The notes below the pieces were generated by a model. It saw only the letters and a program-made list of their open reading frames with translations, did not search any database and was not told the origin of the DNA. Below, one piece after another: positions 61,710 through 64,000 of a stretch of 64,000 nt of DNA. The stretch is from the human T2T-CHM13v2.0 reference genome, Homo sapiens. The position numbers were made by a program, and so were the translations under genes. How positions within the stretch are numbered: the first letter of the stretch is position 1; every line of letters begins with the position of its first letter. Location of the stretch: assembly GCF_009914755.1 (NCBI RefSeq), contig NC_060925.1; one strand, given 5' to 3'.

Positions 61710-62010
61710 TTACATTACTTTATATATGTAAGTTTTCAAAATCTGCTATGTATTCTACACTTACAACACATGTCAATGCAGGCTAGCCATATTCCTGGTG
61801 CCAATGGCTGCCATATTTGATAATGCAGATCTGAAGAAAGTTGTACAAGTGGCTAATGGCTATGATATTGAGTAGTGCAAATCTAAAGAAAGTTGAAGTT
61901 TGTAGTGGAAAAAGGGATAGTGTAAGTGGTTTGGCACTAAGGTTGTGAATCATGTAAAGATGTTGCATATCTTTTAATGTGCTGCCAAAGTAGGAAGCAT
62001 GAATTGTGCT

Positions 62011-62465
62011 TGTGAAAGGAAAATATCTTGGACCCCAAAATCACTAAGGGAAACTCCAGCTGGAAGCTGCTTAGGGCAAACCCGCCTCCCATTCTATTCA
62101 AAGTTACCCCTCTGCTCACTAAGATAGATGCATATCTGATTTGCCTCCTTTGGAAAGGCTAATCAGAAACTCAAAATGTAACTGTGTCTCACCTGTCTGT
62201 GACCTGGAAGCTCCTTCCCGACTTCAGTCTTCCGGACTTTGCTTCAAGTTGTCCCGCCTTTCCAGAGTGAACCAATGTACTTCTTACACATATTGATTGA
62301 TGTCTTATGTCTCCCTAAAATGTATAAAACCAATCTGTGCCCTGACCATTTGGGGCACATGTCATCAGGACTTCCTGAGGCTGTGTTATGGGCGTGTGTC
62401 CTCAACCTTGGCAAAATAAGCTTTCTAAATTAACTGAGACTTGTCTAAGATTTTCTGGGTTCGCA
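62011..62465 (+). mobile_element. Solo LTR MER4A1-like
   Basis: tgtgaaaggaaaatatcttggaccccaaaatcactaagg ... ctcaaccttggcaaaataa...ttcgca. Confidence 0.85.
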
Positions 62466-62641
62466 GGCTTGTGATTTACAATGGACCATAAGGTGTAGGA
62501 ATAAATAATTTGAGACAGTGTTGATGGCAGGCACAAACTGAGTGGCTTAAAACAATGAAATTTCTCAAATTTACAGTTCTAGAGGTAAGAAGTCTGAAAT
62601 GAGTCTCACTGTGCTAAAATCAAGGCATCAGTAGGACATGT

Positions 62642-63193
62642 TGTCACAGGGTGAACCTCAAAACTGGGGCTCAGCCTGGGAGGCCACATGGCTTCTTGGC
62701 TTCACACAGAAAAGAATTCAAGATTGAGCCAACAGAGTAAAGTGAAAGCAAATTTAGTAAAAAGTAATGGAATAAAAAGTGTGGCTACCCCATAGGCAGA
62801 GTAGCCCTGAGAGCTGCTGGTTGGCTATTTCCACGGTTATTTTTGATCATAGCTAAACAAGAGGTGGACTCTTTATGAATTTTCTGGGAAAGGAAAGGGG
62901 CACGGAATTCCTGGAATGAGGGTTCCCTCCGTTTTTCGACCATATCTTTCCACCATAACTTTGGGATGTTGCCTGGCATTTGTAAACTGTCTTGGCAGCT
63001 GGTGGGAGTGTCTTTTAGCATGCGGATACATTATAATTAACATATAATGAGGAGTGAGGATGACTAGAGGCCGCTTTCGTCACCATCTTGGTTCTGGCTG
63101 ATTTTGGCTGGCTTCTTTACTGTATGTTGTTTTATCAGTGGGGTCATTGTGACCTGTGTCTTAAAAACCAAGTCCTGCTGAACTCCTATTTCA
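62642..63193 (-). mobile_element. Solo LTR of the MER41 family
   Basis: Matches the recalled MER41 sequence (CCAAGATGGTGACGAAAGCGGCCTCT, ACAGTTTACAAATGCCA, CAACCAGCAGC). Perfect 4-bp TSD ATGT at 62638-62641 and 63194-63197. Confidence 0.85.
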
Positions 63194-63357
63194 ATGTGAT
63201 TGTTACCAAGTTAGTGAAGAGGAGATTTGGGTCAGGGAGGTATGGCAGGGAACCCGATCCCACAGGCCTTGTGGGCCATTGTAAGGGCTCTGAGTGAGAT
63301 CTGAGCCACTGGAAGGGCCTCAGCATATGAATAATGTGATGTGACACATTTAGTTTC

Positions 63358-63655
<298 letters not shown>

Positions 63656-64000
63656 CTGACATATTTTAAAAGGCTCTCTCTGTGTTACGATTAAGAACTG
63701 TAGGATGCAAAGGTAGGGCAGAGAGGGAGACCAGTGAGGAAGCTCTTGTAATAGCCTGAGTGAAAACAAGAAAAAGGAAACCTGGTGATAGGGGCCCAGG
63801 TAGTTGTAGTAGAGGTGGTGAGCGGTGGTAGCATGTTGTTGGATATATTTTAAAGGTGGATTTGATAGATTTCCTCATGGGATGGATGTGAGCTGGAGAA
63901 AAGAAAGGAGGACATAACGATTCTGTTTTTTGCTTCAACAACTGTAGGAAAGGAGGTGCCAGTGATTAAGAAGAGAAAACTGGTATAGGGTAGGCCTGGC

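Overview
Human/primate genomic DNA, recognisable as the 1q23.1 region just downstream of KIRREL1 (NEPH1). The window opens with the last 69 codons of KIRREL1 (ending in the PDZ ligand ...RMQTHV*) and its ~5.1 kb 3'UTR. The rest is repeat-rich intergenic sequence: about 24 Alus, L1, L2/MIR, hAT and mariner DNA transposons, solo LTRs (LTR7B/HERV-H, MER65-like, MER51, MER4A1, MER41, MaLRs), and a two-LTR ERV-L-class provirus carrying a gamma-type env relic. The only other intact protein-coding call is the 70-aa SMIM42 ORF on the minus strand. The most interesting inference is that SMIM42 sits on the transmembrane exon of a decayed multi-exon Ig-superfamily type I receptor gene (leader, IgV, IgC, TM, cytoplasmic tail; minus strand, ~38.3 kb to ~30 kb or further). 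A second hidden gene relic, a decayed C2H2 zinc-finger gene, follows an NRF1/ETS CpG promoter at ~54.8-57.2 kb that is bracketed by a 50-bp inverted repeat. Other oddities are a near-perfect 87-nt hairpin at 40.0 kb, an orphan CpG island at 18.5 kb, and tandem GAS motifs in the MER41 LTR. Repeat subfamily names come from recalled consensus sequences and were not computed.
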